Source of the DNA: Gnetum montanum
Lineage: Eukaryota; Plantae; Gnetophyta
NCBI GenBank assembly: GCA_015680685.1
Contig: MNCI01003108.1
Span: 310,492-374,491 of the forward strand
Direction of reading: 5' to 3'
Length of the DNA stretch: 64,000 nt
The position numbers and the translations under genes were made by a program. Position 1 is the first letter of the stretch. The number at the start of each line of letters is the position of its first letter. Shown here piece by piece: positions 47,790-61,900 of this stretch. The notes under the pieces are model-generated. The model was not told the DNA's origin, ran no database searches, and saw nothing but the letters and a program-made list of their open reading frames with translations.

Positions 47790-50700
47790 TGTTGACCTTT
47801 TGGTGTGTCAAAATGTTAAGTAAAATGGAATCAAAAGTTGTTTGTATGGTTGTGTGGTTGTTGTGTTTGTAGGACAAAGTACATGAAAAACCAAGATGAG
47901 ATGACAAGAAATGAATTGGTAAACTCAAAGGAAAAAGGTCATCCACAAGGTCTTAAGCAAACATGTAAGAATTTAAAGAACATGGACAAAGACCAAATAA
48001 CTTACAAGCAAATTGAACATCATTGGAGCATGCGGAAGTGCAAGATCGTAGACAAGGAACAAAGAAATCAAAATGCAAAGGAAGCAAAGAAAGATGTCTC
48101 CAAGAAATAGTAGACATCTTGGTAGAATTGAAGGTAGCACAAGCAAAGACATCTTTGTAAAATAGTAGATGTCTTTCATCAGACAAAGACATCTTTCACC
48201 AAACATGGATGTCTTTCACCAGACAAAGACGTCTTCCCAAAATGAAGGCTAGTTACAAAAAGACGTCTTTCACTAGACAAAGACGTCTTTCTAGAATAGA
48301 GGCTAGATGCAAAAAGATGTCTCAGCCATGAAGAAGACATCTTCCATGACTGTTAACTAGCAGTTGCACAAGTTCCAAGATGAATTTGAAAACATAGTGG
48401 CTATAAGAAGACATCATTATTATTGGGAAAGGTGCACTCTTTTGTCCAATCATTATGTAATCATTGTTGCTTCTCATTGTATTATCTTTTGTTTGTTGTA
48501 AAGTGAGCTATACCTCAAGTACGAGGATCAACAAATCGAGTTGCATTCATTTTTTGTAATTGTTGTTCTCTTTTGTTGTCATGTAAGGTTGACATGCTTC
48601 TTGTAGGAAGGCATCTTGCTTGAGTTTGTTGGGATCCTACGAGATTGAATGTTGGTGTAGCACCACAACACTCTGGAGCGGAGCTCAAGATTGTAAAGGT
48701 TATGGGATCCTGGAAATCACATTCTAAGCTTATCAGGACCTTGTGGGGTTGAGTGGATTTGTAGTGTCAAATCACTCCAGAGTAGAGCTTAGAGGTTGTA
48801 CAGGGTGTGGTGCCTTTCAAACCACATTTGAGAGCAACAAAGTTTAGAGGTGTACTTGCAAACTACCCTTTGAGTGTGGACTACCCAAGTTGGGGAACCA
48901 CATTAAATTTGGTGTGTGTGCTTTGTCCCAAAGAATTTTTTTGGGGAACTTATTTATTCTCTCCCCTCTAAGTTCAATGATCCTCAAGTGGTATTAGAGC
49001 TTGGTACTCTTCTTTGTCATCATCAACTTCAAGAGTGAACAATGGAGGGGACATCTTACACAAAGCCACCCATGTTTGACAGATTCAACTTCGCCTACTA
49101 GAAAGCTAGAATGCAAGGATTCTTTGAATCCATGGAGTTAAAAGTTTGGGAGTCAATCCTTGAAGGCTACACTCCACCTATAGATAGCTCCATCGACATC
49201 ATCAAGCCTCGCAACAAATGGATACAAGAGAAGAAAGATAAGTTCATGTTTGATTCTAAAGCAAAGAATTATTTATATTGTGCCTTGAATAAATCTCAAT
49301 TTAATAGAGTAGCAGGATATAAAATGACCAAAGATATTTGACAAACTTTAGAAGCTACTTATGAAGGAACATCTATTGTCAAACAATCTAAATTGTTAGT
49401 TTTACAAAGCGAATATGATAAACTCAAAATGAGAGAAGGTGAGAAAATAAAAGATTACTTCTATAGAGCAAATGATATTATTTTAGCTATTATAGGTATA
49501 AGTAAATATTTACTTGAGAGTGATGTCATAATCAAAATGATCAGAACTCTTCAACCAGAGTTTAGACCAAAGGTCCTAGCTATGGAGAAGATTAGAGATT
49601 TCTTCACTTTGAAATTTAAGAAACTTCAAAGTGCTCTCATCGCCTATGAAATGAGTCTCATAAGCAAAGGAGCCATCTAAGAAAGATTGATTGCTCTAAA
49701 GAATACCTCCAAAGAGAAGGAGCTCAATGAGCATGAAGAGGGTAGTGAAGGTGAGATTGCCTTTATCTCAAAAAAACCTACAACATTTGTTGACAAGAAG
49801 AAATAAAGGAGCATTTAAGCAAAGACCCAATTTGTTCAAAGGTAGAGAAAGAGGTAAAAACTTTTTGAATTCTAACTTAGATTTCTCTTCTATTGAATGT
49901 TGGGTTTATGGAGGAAGAGGCCATATGACCTCTAAATGTCCTAGTGATAGAAAGGTTTAGCCAAAGAATAGATTCAATGATGAAGAATCGAAAAAGACCA
50001 ACTCTTATAGAAGGTGGGATGATGGTGAGCAGAGTGAAGAAAAAGCATGTAATTCTTCCGAAGATTCACACCTCATATACATGGCGCTTACATATGAAAA
50101 CTCCTTACATATGGTTGAACAATGGGGTAAGTAAGCGTGACAACAGGTATAGTAAACTTAAAGAAGAAATTTTTCTTTTAAATTATTTGATTAAGAAGGT
50201 AAAGAAATTTGTAATTTCTAAGTTAGATGCTATCCACTTGGAAGTGAAAGAAGAGATCTTAGACATAAAAGTTGAGATTCAACAACTAACCTTTTTTTAA
50301 TAAGGATTGTAGGAAGGTTTAAGGAGAAGAGACTCTTGAAAAATAACTAAAGAATTTGGAGAAAGTCACACATGAACATTCGAGCTCAAGCATAGTCAGG
50401 TTTAATAATATTTCTCATGAGGAGAATACTTTATTTGTGTGTAAAAATTGTGGTAGTAACCAAACACTTAACTATTCTCATGATGATCAAAACAATATTG
50501 ACGGTTGGTCTTGTCAAAAAGACTTTGGTAAGGAATTTTTGTAGGCACCAATAGTTGAAAATGAAGAAAAGTGGAGAATTGAAAATAATGCAATAAGTGA
50601 TCAAGCATTCTATCATAAAGAACATGAACAAATAGAGACATCACATACACGATCTAATGAAAGAAAACCTAAGGATGAGGAGGTACTTCATGATAAGTGA

Positions 50701-53508
50701 CGTCATCTCAAACTTCATTAATCTTCTCTTCTCATCTGCAAGCAAGGTAAGTCAAGGTAAGTTTCCATATTTTTACTTGCTAGTTAATTTATAAGTATAT
50801 GATTTGAAAAGTCCAAATTGTTTGTGTTTTATCTAGAGCAGTGTTGTAATAATTGTTTAGAGCATGTATTATATTCATTTAGAGCTTGATGTACTTGATT
50901 CTATGAAAATATGTAGTGTAGCACTTGTATTGAGTTCTTTTGGGCCTCTATCTTGTAATATATTCAGTTAGTTTTGTCTTGCTTTCTATCTTGCATGATC
51001 TACTTCTAAGCTCATGTCCTTTAGAATGTTTTTGCTATCAATATTACTGAAAATTCCATCAATATTACTGATTGGAGACCTTAGTCTCCACATTTGATCT
51101 TAATGTTGATCTATAGGTGTAGTGCTTTGGTGATTTACAACGTTTACAAGTTGATGTTAAAAGTCCAAGAAGAGCTACACATGTGTAAGAGGAGCCTGTT
51201 TCTCATCATCCATCATCATCTTGGAGGTCATCAATGTAGGGGGAGTCTTTGAAGACTTTAGCTAAGAAACACTCAAATAGCAAAATATCATAAAATGAGC
51301 AAGAATTCATGTCATGCAAGGGTATGGTACAGTATCCAAGGTAAAAGTAGGATTAACTCTTGGTTAAGATGCCTTACAGATATTTTACCAATGTGATATC
51401 TTTTGGTTATTGTTTAAACATCTTGTTAAAATCTTCTTGGCTATTTTTGGGAATAAAACTATTTTTAGTTGGTATTTCTCCTTCTGCATGTGAATTTATT
51501 TTGACAAGTATATCTTTTCTTCCTTTCCATTTAATTACCTTCATGATGTTTTCATAAGAGTTGAGTTTTTATGGAATCATGACATATTGATTTACCTTAT
51601 GGGTTTATTGGTTTCAAAAGATAAGTTATATGATCCTTAAATATTGAGCCCCTTGAAAATTATGCTAAGAGATGTGTTTAGAATCTTGAAGATATAAATT
51701 TTAAATGAGAGTTGATTCTATATGCTCAATATTTAGCCTTTGGAATTCAAGTTTATTCTCTCTTAGACATTAATTGCAAGTTTTTTTAATGTTTGGATTA
51801 ATTGTGGCTTATTCTTTCTAACCTTGTTTTGAACTAAAAAGGACAAATCTTAATTGAAGAAAACATAAAAATTTGATATTTAAGGTTATGTCTTTTCACT
51901 TGATGGTATTTTATCATGCTATAAATTTATCTTCCCTTGAGTGCTTAAGAATCTCTTGTTTATATGGACTTCACTGAAGTAAGAAGTACTCGTGTCTTTA
52001 TTCTGAAGGATTGCCAATGATTGATAATATTCATTATAGTAATATCTTTGAAAATGCTTTATGTTACTTAGAGATTTATTTGAATACAAATTGAGCACAA
52101 TGCATATCTTGTGTGACTATGGTATGGCTACTTTTTAGCAAAGGAAAGAATTTTTTTCAGGGTTATACTATTGGAATGTTGTTCTTTTATGATATATTTG
52201 TATAGGCTTAATGTGCTTTATCCTTTTTGCTATTGTTAGAAAGGAGGAGAGTATGGACTATATTTGTATGATCACTAATCCATTTTCTTAAGTTTTGAAA
52301 ATCACCAAAAAGGGGGAGATTGTTGACCTTTGATGTGTTAAAATGTTAAGTAAAATGGAAGCAAAAATTGTTTGTATGGTTGTGTGGTTGTTGTGCTTGT
52401 AGGATAAAGTACATGTGAAACTAAGATGAGATGACAAGGAACAAGCTGGTGAGCTTAAAGGAAAAGTCATCCACAAGGTCTTAAGCGAACATGCAAGAAT
52501 TTAAGGAATGTGGACAAAGATCAAATAACTTACAAGAAAATTTAACATCATTAGAGCATGCTAAAGTAGATGATTGTAGATAAGGAATGAAGAAATAAAA
52601 ATGCAAAAGAAGCAAAGAAAGATGTCTCTAAGAAATAGTAGACATCTTGGTAGAATTGAAGGCAAAATAAGCAAAGACGTCTCTGCAAAATAGTGGACAT
52701 CTTTCATTAGACAAAGACGTCTTTTACTAGATAAAGATTTCTTCCCAGAATGAAGATTAGTTACAGAAAGAAGTCTTTCACTAGACAAAGATATCTTTCC
52801 AGAATGGAGGCTAGATGCAGAAAGACATCTTAGCCATGAAGAAGACGTCTTCCATGATTGTTAAGTAGTCATTGCATGAGTTTGAAGATGAATTTGGAAA
52901 CATAGTGACTATAAGAAGACATCATTCTTATTGGAAAATGTGTAAGCTTTTGTATAATCATTATGTAATCATTGTAATCATTATTAATCCTCATTGAATT
53001 ATCTTTTATCTATTGTAAAGTGAGCTATATCTCAAGTACAAGGATCAGCAAACTGAGTTGCATTGATTCATTGTAATTGTTTTTCTCTTCTATTACCCTA
53101 TGGGGTTGATGTGCTTTTTGTAGGAATGCATCTTACTTGAGCTTGTTGGGATCCTATAGGATTGAGTGTTGGTGTAGCACCAAAACACTCTAGAGTTGAG
53201 TTCAAGATTTTAAAGGTTGTGGGATCCTAGAAATCATATTCTAAGCTTGTCAGGACCTTGCAAGGTTGAGTGGATTCATAGTGTCAAATCACTCTAGAGC
53301 AAATCTTAGAGGTTGTACAAGGTTTAACACCCTTCAAACCACATTTGAAAGCAATGAAGTCCAGAGGTGTGCTTGTGAACTACCCTCTGAGTGTGGACTA
53401 CCCAAGTGGAAAAACCACATTAAATTTGGTGTGTGTGGTTTGTCCTAAAGAATTTTATTTTAGGGAACTTATTCATCCCCCTCCCCCTTCTAAGTTCAAT
53501 GATCCTCA
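47790..53508 (+). mobile_element. Element C: non-autonomous (gag-only) Ty1/copia SIRE/Sirevirus-like LTR retrotransposon
   Basis: LTRs 47790-48986 and 52321-53508; perfect TSD CACTA (47785-47789, 53509-53513); PBS TGGTATTAGAGC (tRNA-iMet) at 48989; PPT CACCAAAAAGGGGGAGAT; LTR end ATTCATCCCCCTCCCCCTTCTAAG; palindromic AAAGACGTCTTT repeats in the LTRs. Splits A's RH (YETRYT|KVKKNYLVLVYSLKK). Confidence 0.92.
49042..49960 (+). pseudogene. gag: Element C gag, disrupted
   Basis: MEGTSYTKPPMFDRFNFAY*KARMQGFF..., copia gag motifs (LKMREGEKIKDYFYR, FRPKVLAME), knuckle ECWVYGGRGHMTSKCP. Confidence 0.88.
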
Positions 53509-56500
53509 CACTAAAGTTAAAAAGAATTACCTAGTTCTAGTCTATTCTCTCAAGAAATGATGACATTACCTTTTTAAAGAATAAGTGAATATCATTTTTA
53601 AAGACAATGTACTAAGAGCTATCACTTCTAACATATATGGATAAAGTAGAATTTCCCAATGGAAATACATGATAGCTAAATTTAATTTACATTTTGTTTC
53701 ATAAATTGTGACTAAAGGATAGGCTACTACCAACCAATTGGCTACACTTCCTATCAAGGATAATGCTGCCATAGAACTTGAGTTCCCAAATGAACATATC
53801 AATATTATTGAGAATCTTCTTGAAGGATACAAAGTAATAATCAACTTTGATGGGGCCTCCAATGTGCATGAGGCTAGTGCTGCGGTCATTCATATCTTTC
53901 ATGTAGGTGACATCTTACCTTTAGCTTTTCATTTTTACTTTCCATGTACCAACAATGTGGTAGAATATGAAGAGCTTATTTGCAGGCTTATGGTAGCTCA
54001 TAAGTGAAAGATTATATGGTTGATTATTAAAGGTGAATTTCATTAGTTATCAACCACGTAACCAATGTCTATACTTGTAAGCTAAAAATTTATTGTCATA
54101 TTACAAATTAGCCAAGAAAGTAACTGAAAGCTTGGAAGACATTGATATCCAACACATAACTTATAATGAAAATACATCAGTGAATACCATAGCTACTTTG
54201 GCATTAAGAGTAACACCTAAAGTACTATGTAAGCTACCATTGATGATAGTGGCTTGCACTCATCCCATAATGTAAGAGAGCCAAGAAATATTTATTGCTA
54301 GTAGACATTGATGATCAACTTGAGTGGTTCATTGATATTAAGTATTATTTGTTACATAGTGAACCTTTTCAACATCTAAATTCAACATAAAAAGATGATG
54401 TATGCAAGAGAGCTAAGCACTATGATATTGTGGCCAACAAAATATTGTGTCAAAAATCATATGATGGTATACTGTTATTTTACCTCAGAAAAGTTAAAGC
54501 GTAGATAGTGTTACAACAAGTGCATGAAGGTTTGTGTCGGGGACATGTAGGACCTAGAGTCATGACTGCCAAGATTAGGTAGGTTAGTATTGGCCTTACA
54601 TGAAGCATGATTGTGTGCAAAAGGTAAAAACTTGCGACACTTGTTAATGACATAGCCACTTTATACATGTTCCATCATTAGAGTTACATGTAACAGAAAT
54701 AACCTAGTCCTTCCAATGATGGGATCTCAATATTATTTAATTGTTAACACCTAAGTTATTTGCGAGTCATAGTTTTTTCATCGTTGCGACAAAGTACTTT
54801 ACAAAATGGGTAGAAGCCATTTTGTTGAGATAAAAAAAATCATAACAAGCCTATCAATTTATCCTTGATAACATTGTTTCGTGATTTGGTCTATCACTAG
54901 CCATTGTTATAGATAACGAACCTCAATTTAGCAGTGGTGAAACAAAAAATTTCTATTAATAGTTAAGTATCTAGTATTCATTTTTCAAGCCATATTATCC
55001 ACAAGCCAATGGTCAGGCAGAAGTTAGAAACAAGACTATGATCAACCTTCTCAAGAAGATGATAACTAATAGCAAACACAAATGGCATGAATAACTATTA
55101 TATGTTATATGGACTTATAGGGTAACTTTCCATACCAAAATTGGTGTTACATCTTATAGCCTTATATGAAACTCTGAAGCCATCTTACCCTTAGAGTGAG
55201 TGGCCTAATCCAACCATAGTCATGAAGATCAAAATAATGTACAACACATCATTGACCTTTACTTAGTGGAAGAACATTACTTATGGGCACTTGTTGACAT
55301 TGAGCACTATAAGGAAAAGTAAAAGCAATGACATCACTTCAATTTAAATTAGTGAAGCATTAAAGAAGGTGATTTAGTCCTAAAAGTTCATGAACTTGCT
55401 AACAAGTTTGCATCAAATTAGGAGAGGCCATTTCTAGTTACTAAGGCCTTAAGCAATGGTGTATTCAAAATTGCTAACATGGATGAAGCTAAGTTATCCA
55501 AGCTGATCAACCACTCATATATGAAACTATACTATACCTAATGCTAATCTTATTTCTCTTATTTTCATTTCTACTTCTATTAATAGATTAAGATATGTAT
55601 AGATAGACTAATCACATCTTATCACTTGACCATAAATAAGTAAGTAAATGCATCATCACTCGTGATATCTTTGCCCTTTGCTCTCTTACAAAATGATTGA
55701 AAGATACTATAAACATTGTCATCTCTATTAAGCATGCATGCTCATTAGGCTTTGAAGGCTGTTCTATGGCTGGCATCCATGTTAACATCCTTAAACATGT
55801 GTTCCAAGCATGGACATCACTTGTTTTTTGTTTCTATCTCCCTATGTGTTTACATGTGTATATTCTTTTGAAGTGGTTAGTTGGTTTTCTCCTAGTTGTG
55901 ATAATATTTTTTTTTAGAAGGTATCACAAAAATGCTATTTACCAAAGCATCAAGTTATCTTGTGACTTTGACATATCTTACTTTATTAGATTATATGGTC
56001 ATGTTGACTAGAGTTTCCTTCCTATTTTTCCTTACCTATCTTCTTTTATGATAATATTTGCAATCATATCATTAGTTATCAAACTTTCCTTTACATAGTA
56101 GTTTTGTCCATGCATATCCCTATCCTGCCTATGTGAATTATTGACCCTGTGCCACTTGACAGTAGGAAATACTTGTATCTAAATATTGAACACAAATATG
56201 AGGATATTGGAATGTTTTGAAGCCTAGTATTAATAGAAATGTTACCTAAACCTAGTATAGAATGTTGTCAAGCATGGTAAAAATATCCTTATCTAAAAAA
56301 ACAGAAAAAAGGAGAAAAGGGTCACCATAGAGGTCAACAAAGGTTGGACTATGAGTATTATAAAATGAATGACAAGTTCATAGTGATGGATCATTGTTTC
56401 TAGAAAGATAGCTACCAATTGCCAAATTATAACCAATCCTTATGATCTAAAGAAAAGAAAAGAAAAGAAAGAAAAAAAGAAGGAAAAAAAAGAGAGTCAT

Positions 56501-56764
56501 TGACACATCATCTGCATCATGATGTTATGGTTAAATGCTTGTGGGTCAAAGTCATGATTGTCATCCCTTTCATGATGAAAACCTTTCTCGCATACTTTGC
56601 TAATTCTTGCTATTAGTCTTGCATTCCCCTTTGTCAACATGGTTCAACATTTATGAAAGTAGGGATGACATGGAAATGTGTGCAATAGACCCGCAATGAT
56701 TTTTTAACATTCTTTGTTGACATTCTTCAAGTTTAACCTTAAAACATCAAGAAAGAGCGACTAA

Positions 56765-57861
56765 TGAAATACCTCAAAAGAAATTTATTTGTAGCTTGAA
56801 ACATGAATGTATTTTTTACATGATTTTCTTGTAACGTTGAACTGGAGATTAGATAGAAAAGTAGCTATGTAGATCATTTTTAGAAATTCATTTAGTGGTC
56901 TTTTTGCTAATCCTCTTCTGAATGTAATCCTAGTGTAAAATGTAAAATTCTCACTATGATTCTAGTCTAGTGTGTAGCTTATTCATAGTGTATTTTGCAA
57001 AATACATTGAAAAATATGCTCCAAAAGTGCATGTTGGAAAAGATAGGGTTTCCCATCATGCCTAATAGCTTACCTAACTACTTTAGTGTAAAAAGCGACA
57101 CAGTTCATGTCTATAAAAGTCAAAATTAACACTTAGGAATTTTTGGCATTTTAAAATCTTTGAGTAGACTTGAATACCTTAGGCATACTTTAGTAGTTTC
57201 CATCAAAGAGCAATATGAACTAGAAATGACAATCTTGGATCCTAACTTACATCAAACTTGAAACCTAAAGCAGTTTCTCTTCTTTGATTTCCAAAAGGAG
57301 AGTCTTGAACCTACCCATCCCAACACAGGAATTTCATAGAGCGAGAGCATCCCAAATGTAAGATCTTAAGGTAGGTTGGCAAAATCCATGTGTAGAATTG
57401 TTCTTTTTCAATTTTCAAGAATATATCTACCTTGGAGTTAGCCCTCATCTAATGAACTTCCATGACTAGAGAATCCTTAAAGCCTTCCCCTTTGCAACCA
57501 AGCATTTAATATTCATTAGGCCCTTTGTACCTAGATTTGCACTTTCTAAACTTTTTGCATGCTTTAATATAAGTTTACAATATTTTTACATTATCTTTAT
57601 TTTATTTTACTGTTTGCATTTACTCTATTTATTGTCAAAGATTTGCTGGATTTGACAAGCCTGTTGCATCTATGTGTTTTTACCATTTTATGTAGTTTGT
57701 GTGTATTATTGTTCTATAAGTTCTTAGGTGATTGACCTTGATTATGATATTGCCTAAGGCATCCCTGATTTTCTTCCCAGGCCCATGTAGATTTAGGGTT
57801 AAAATTATGATGCTTCGAAGATCTTTGGTTCTTCAACATCTCAATTGTTTTCATTGCTACA
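56765..57861 (+). repeat. 3' LTR of element A
   Basis: Follows the PPT; start TGAAATACCTCAAAA and end TTGTTTTCATTGCTACA resemble B's TGAAACACCCCAAAA and CGTTTTCGGTCGCTACA. Confidence 0.75.
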
Positions 57862-58364
57862 ATAAATCCCAATGAAACTAGCATACATATCTCATGAACT
57901 TTGGGTCTAATAAACTACTTTTTGTAATGCAGCTAGTTGAACCTCATTCATGCTTACTTATGGGTTAGAAGCAATGTTGTTGGTGGAGTTAGATGTGCCT
58001 TCTCTTTGGGCAACCTTGAACAATTAGATGTCAAATGAGAAGAATGATAAAATACATTGTGTTAAAGTAGACATCCTTAAGAAAAATAACAACTAAGTAT
58101 TAATAAATATTTAAAATCATTAAGAAGCTATGTGCCATCACCATAATAAGCATGTTAGACTAAGAGAAATCAAAGAAGGTGATCTTATCTTGCAGCATTT
58201 CCCTAATGCTAAGACTTCCAAGTTTTCTTCAAATTGACAAGGTACCTTCATCATCCACAAAAGTATAGGTAATGGGGCATACTACTTGGAAAATTTTGAT
58301 GGGAGTCAGTACCTAGATCCTATGAATAAAGAATATTCAAATGATGCTATATTTAAGACACATG

Positions 58365-58395
<31 letters not shown>

Positions 58396-58975
58396 AAATC
58401 ATCAAGTATGCTTAACCTTTACCTCTCACTTTACTCAAGTTTTATTACATTCCTTTCAATTTACTTTCTATCTTTCTTGTCATTCTTTCTCATACTCTTT
58501 CTATGTTCTACTTAGATTTTTCTTTATTTCTCTCACATACAACTTTCTCTATTTTTCCAACCTCTACTTATCCCATTCTACTAACATTTCTTTCAAAACA
58601 TACTATGTTGAGGATATTTACAAGAAATCTACCTTATGTAGAGAGCAATGAGTGTTCTACCATTTTTACTTGATGCGAGGGTATGTTGAGTTTTAGTGGG
58701 ATAGAGAGAAAATGTATTAATCTATCAATGTCAACAATTATTAGAGTATCAGATCTAGTCATGAGTGCCTCATCTTAGTATATAGGTGATGTCCCTCATT
58801 TCTTTCTTCTATTTTAATGTTTTCTCATTTTCACAACTCTATCTTTTATCTTTCCTATCTCATGTTTCTTCATTCTTTCCCTAAATTCCTTTTCTATTTC
58901 ACTTCCTTTTCTTTCATTAATAGACTAGTGAGGATTGAATAATATTAATCTATTTCAATGAGGGTATGTTGAGAG
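57862..58975 (+). mobile_element. Element D: integrase C-terminus and 3' region of an older non-chromovirus Ty3 element
   Basis: FMLTYGLEAMLLVELDVPSL; KEGDLILQHFPNAKTSKFSSN*QGTFIIHKSIGNGAYYLENFDG; duplicated PPT-like GAGGGTA|TGTTGAG at ~58678 and ~58960. Confidence 0.7.
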
Positions 58976-58979
58976 CTTT

Positions 58980-61900
58980 GGTAATGTCCCCATTCTTGAA
59001 TGGTGTTGCTGCATAACAAAGATGGTGTTTCTTCATAATAACTATCATAATTATCATAACAAGAGCTGAAAGGACAAGTTATAATTAATACGTAAAAGAG
59101 TGCATTGTAATAATAGACATGTCTTTCAAGGTGACCTTTGGGGATTTGACCTAAGGTATTTATACTTGGGTATTAGAGGTCATATTAGCATGGAGTTGCA
59201 AAGTTGGTAAGGGCAAGTAATAGGTTCTAGGTGAAGTGGGACAAGAAGAGGATTGGCCACGCCTTCTAACCAACGATAGGCCTAACCAGGGTGGCAATAC
59301 TAGATAGCCTCTAAGGGATAGATACCAAAGGAAGATAATCCCAAGGAACTCTTAGAGCATGACTTGGATATATTATTCCATATCAATAAAGCATTTATTC
59401 CATTTTTCTTTTACATTTTCCTTATTATTTTCTTTATGCATAATGTCAAATGTTACACATATTTGACATTGCCACATTATTTTTTTATGCCTAATGTCTA
59501 ATATAAGGTATAATTGACGTTTGCAATGATATTTGGGAATGGGATGTCACATTTGGTATTAGAGTAAACCACAAATTTAGGGTCAACTACAACCTATGAA
59601 AAACCATGGAGCCATGATTCAACAAGAATCACAGATCAACTATAAGAGACATTGGTAAGACAAGGATACACTATTTCAGGTAACTCTTATCCATTTTTTA
59701 GTGATGCTAGAAATATTAATTAATTAAAGTCATTGTTAAGTGATCCTAGAATGCTAGTAACCATGGCTTAAGTTAATCTTGTCTTATTTGGAACTTAGTA
59801 TCTTAAGCACCTAACCCTTGTAACTTGGCATTACTCATCTTACCTAAGTCTTATGCATTGGCAAATTAATGATTTAATCTAGGCATAAGATTAGTTCATC
59901 TCTACCCAATAGATAATAGTTATTATCATGAAAAGCATAAGGAAACTAATATTTGGTGGGTAATTTTGTGATTCCTTAGTTCTCCTTAGTACCTTGGATA
60001 TAACCATGATTTAAGAAAACAAGCCTACATCATACTTGTCAAATCATAAGGTAAAAGTATTATATCATTGCATTCAAGGGTTGGTATGTCATTTATAATC
60101 ATCCAGGTCATTTAGAATTCACCATGTTACGCATACATTAATCTAGTAATGTAATTTTGATAAAATAAGCTATTTTGAAGCTTTCAAAATATAATTTAGT
60201 TTTTGGACCTAAAACCATGCTCAACACGTAGTAGTCATTGAGATGATTCCAATGGTAGAAATTTCATCCCGATCAGACTTATGGTTTGGAAGAGTATATC
60301 ACCCATTAAAATTTCTTGTTATGTGTGCAAAAAGATATAATTAATTAATTAATTAATATTCATATATATATATATATATATTAAAAAATTTAAAAATTTA
60401 TGGGTTGCGAATTGAACCCAAAACCTACCCTTACCCAAAACAAAACTTACCTCGTCATTTGTCGAACTACCATGTCAATCGCCAAGGAAGAATGAAATAA
60501 AATAATAATAAAAAGTAAAAAAAAAGTTAATGTCAAAAATCCAACTACCACATCAACCACCAAGGTAGGGTGAAATAAAATAATAATAATAAGTACAAAA
60601 AAAAAACTTAATGTCAAAAATATTAGGACTAGGGGTTGAACTCATGACCTTTGAAGTTATTAAATCCACATCTTAACATTGTTCCTATTAATTGATAATT
60701 GAAGCTTACTAATTGTTGATAAATATGCATAATATTATATATTATATAATAAGGAAAAATAGATTTTAAAAAGAAAATAATTTTTTAAAAAATGAGTAAT
60801 TAAAATAATATGCAAATATATATTTATTATTTAAGAAAAAAGGTTATAGGATTGTGAGGCCTTACAAAACCCATGAGGGCCACGTTGGCCTGTGTAATGC
60901 CATGTAACCCTGCATGGGGTTGCATTAGCCATTAAGACCTACGCAATCCTTACTTGAGCTGTGTACTATATAGGCTAGTGCTAGCAAGTCGGAGCAGCTC
61001 TTGCCTACTTACTCTAGTCATTGTTTGATCCTATCATTGCCATACCATTGTTAAATTAGTTGTCCTTCATAGCAGTAGGTCACCAATTATAGTAGGCCAA
61101 GCTACAACAAAAACCCTTCCCTTGTGTGCCATTTTCTGCCATCCACACCCTAACCTACCCTACCCTCTAGTGTTGTCTTCTGCATTTTATGCTCGGTTTT
61201 CCACTGCCACATGTTCGCTATCACCTGCATTGTTTCATCATCACATGCATCATTTTCATTGCTACATTTTCCTCCATAGTTGCCGCTAGTAGTGCCCAAA
61301 AATCTGTCAAAAATTTTGGTAGTTTATGATGTCCATGAGCATTGATAAATACCATGCCGTCACTACAAAATCCTACGTCCCATGGAGCTCCATGGACACC
61401 ATAGTCACCATAAAATCCTACCTCCCATAGAGCTATGGTTGACACCACCAGTGCTATGTGCTGTAAATTCCTACTTCCTATGGAGCTCTAGTACACACTG
61501 CAACTACCAACAACCTATTTCTTGAGTAGTTTTAGCAATAAGAAGATGTTCTGTTAATTAATAGAAAAATTCAAAATTTCCATTAATGAATGGAAATTTA
61601 AACATGTCACAAAATAGGCAATCAATTTTAAATTTGAAAATGTGGACAAAATTTTAAAAAAAGGAATTTGGTGCATTGGCAGCAATTAGGATAAAAATTT
61701 CATAATTATGTGTGCTCATTTTAGAGTAGTATTGGGATGAGTTACCTCTTGGGAAATATCAATTTCTATGCCTAAATTTTTAGAATTCAAAAGCCATAAC
61801 TTTTGATTCTGGAAGTCTTTTTCAGCAAAAAAGAGTTGTTTCCTATGGGCTTTAACCTTTCGGATGAAATGTTGAAATTAGATCTATGCCATAGAGCTTT

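Larger units (their letters stand above)
20400..57861 (+). mobile_element. Element A: old Ty3/gypsy Tat-clade LTR retrotransposon (Ogre/Retand domain order), 5'-truncated, hosting B and C
   Basis: gag remnants ~20400-21604 and 39904-40660; protease ~40670-41230; RT ~46360-47700; RNase H split by C; additional RNase H (INFDGAS...CTNNVVEYE) ~53830-54210; integrase ending TAA 55539-55541; PPT AAGAAAGAGCGACTAA; 3' LTR 56765-57861 (TGAAATACCTC...TTGCTACA) homologous to B's LTR ends. No 5' LTR seen. Confidence 0.85.

Noticed and set aside
61696-61755. Functional 5S rRNA gene
   Set aside because: Only half-length, ~70% identical, single copy within a retroelement.
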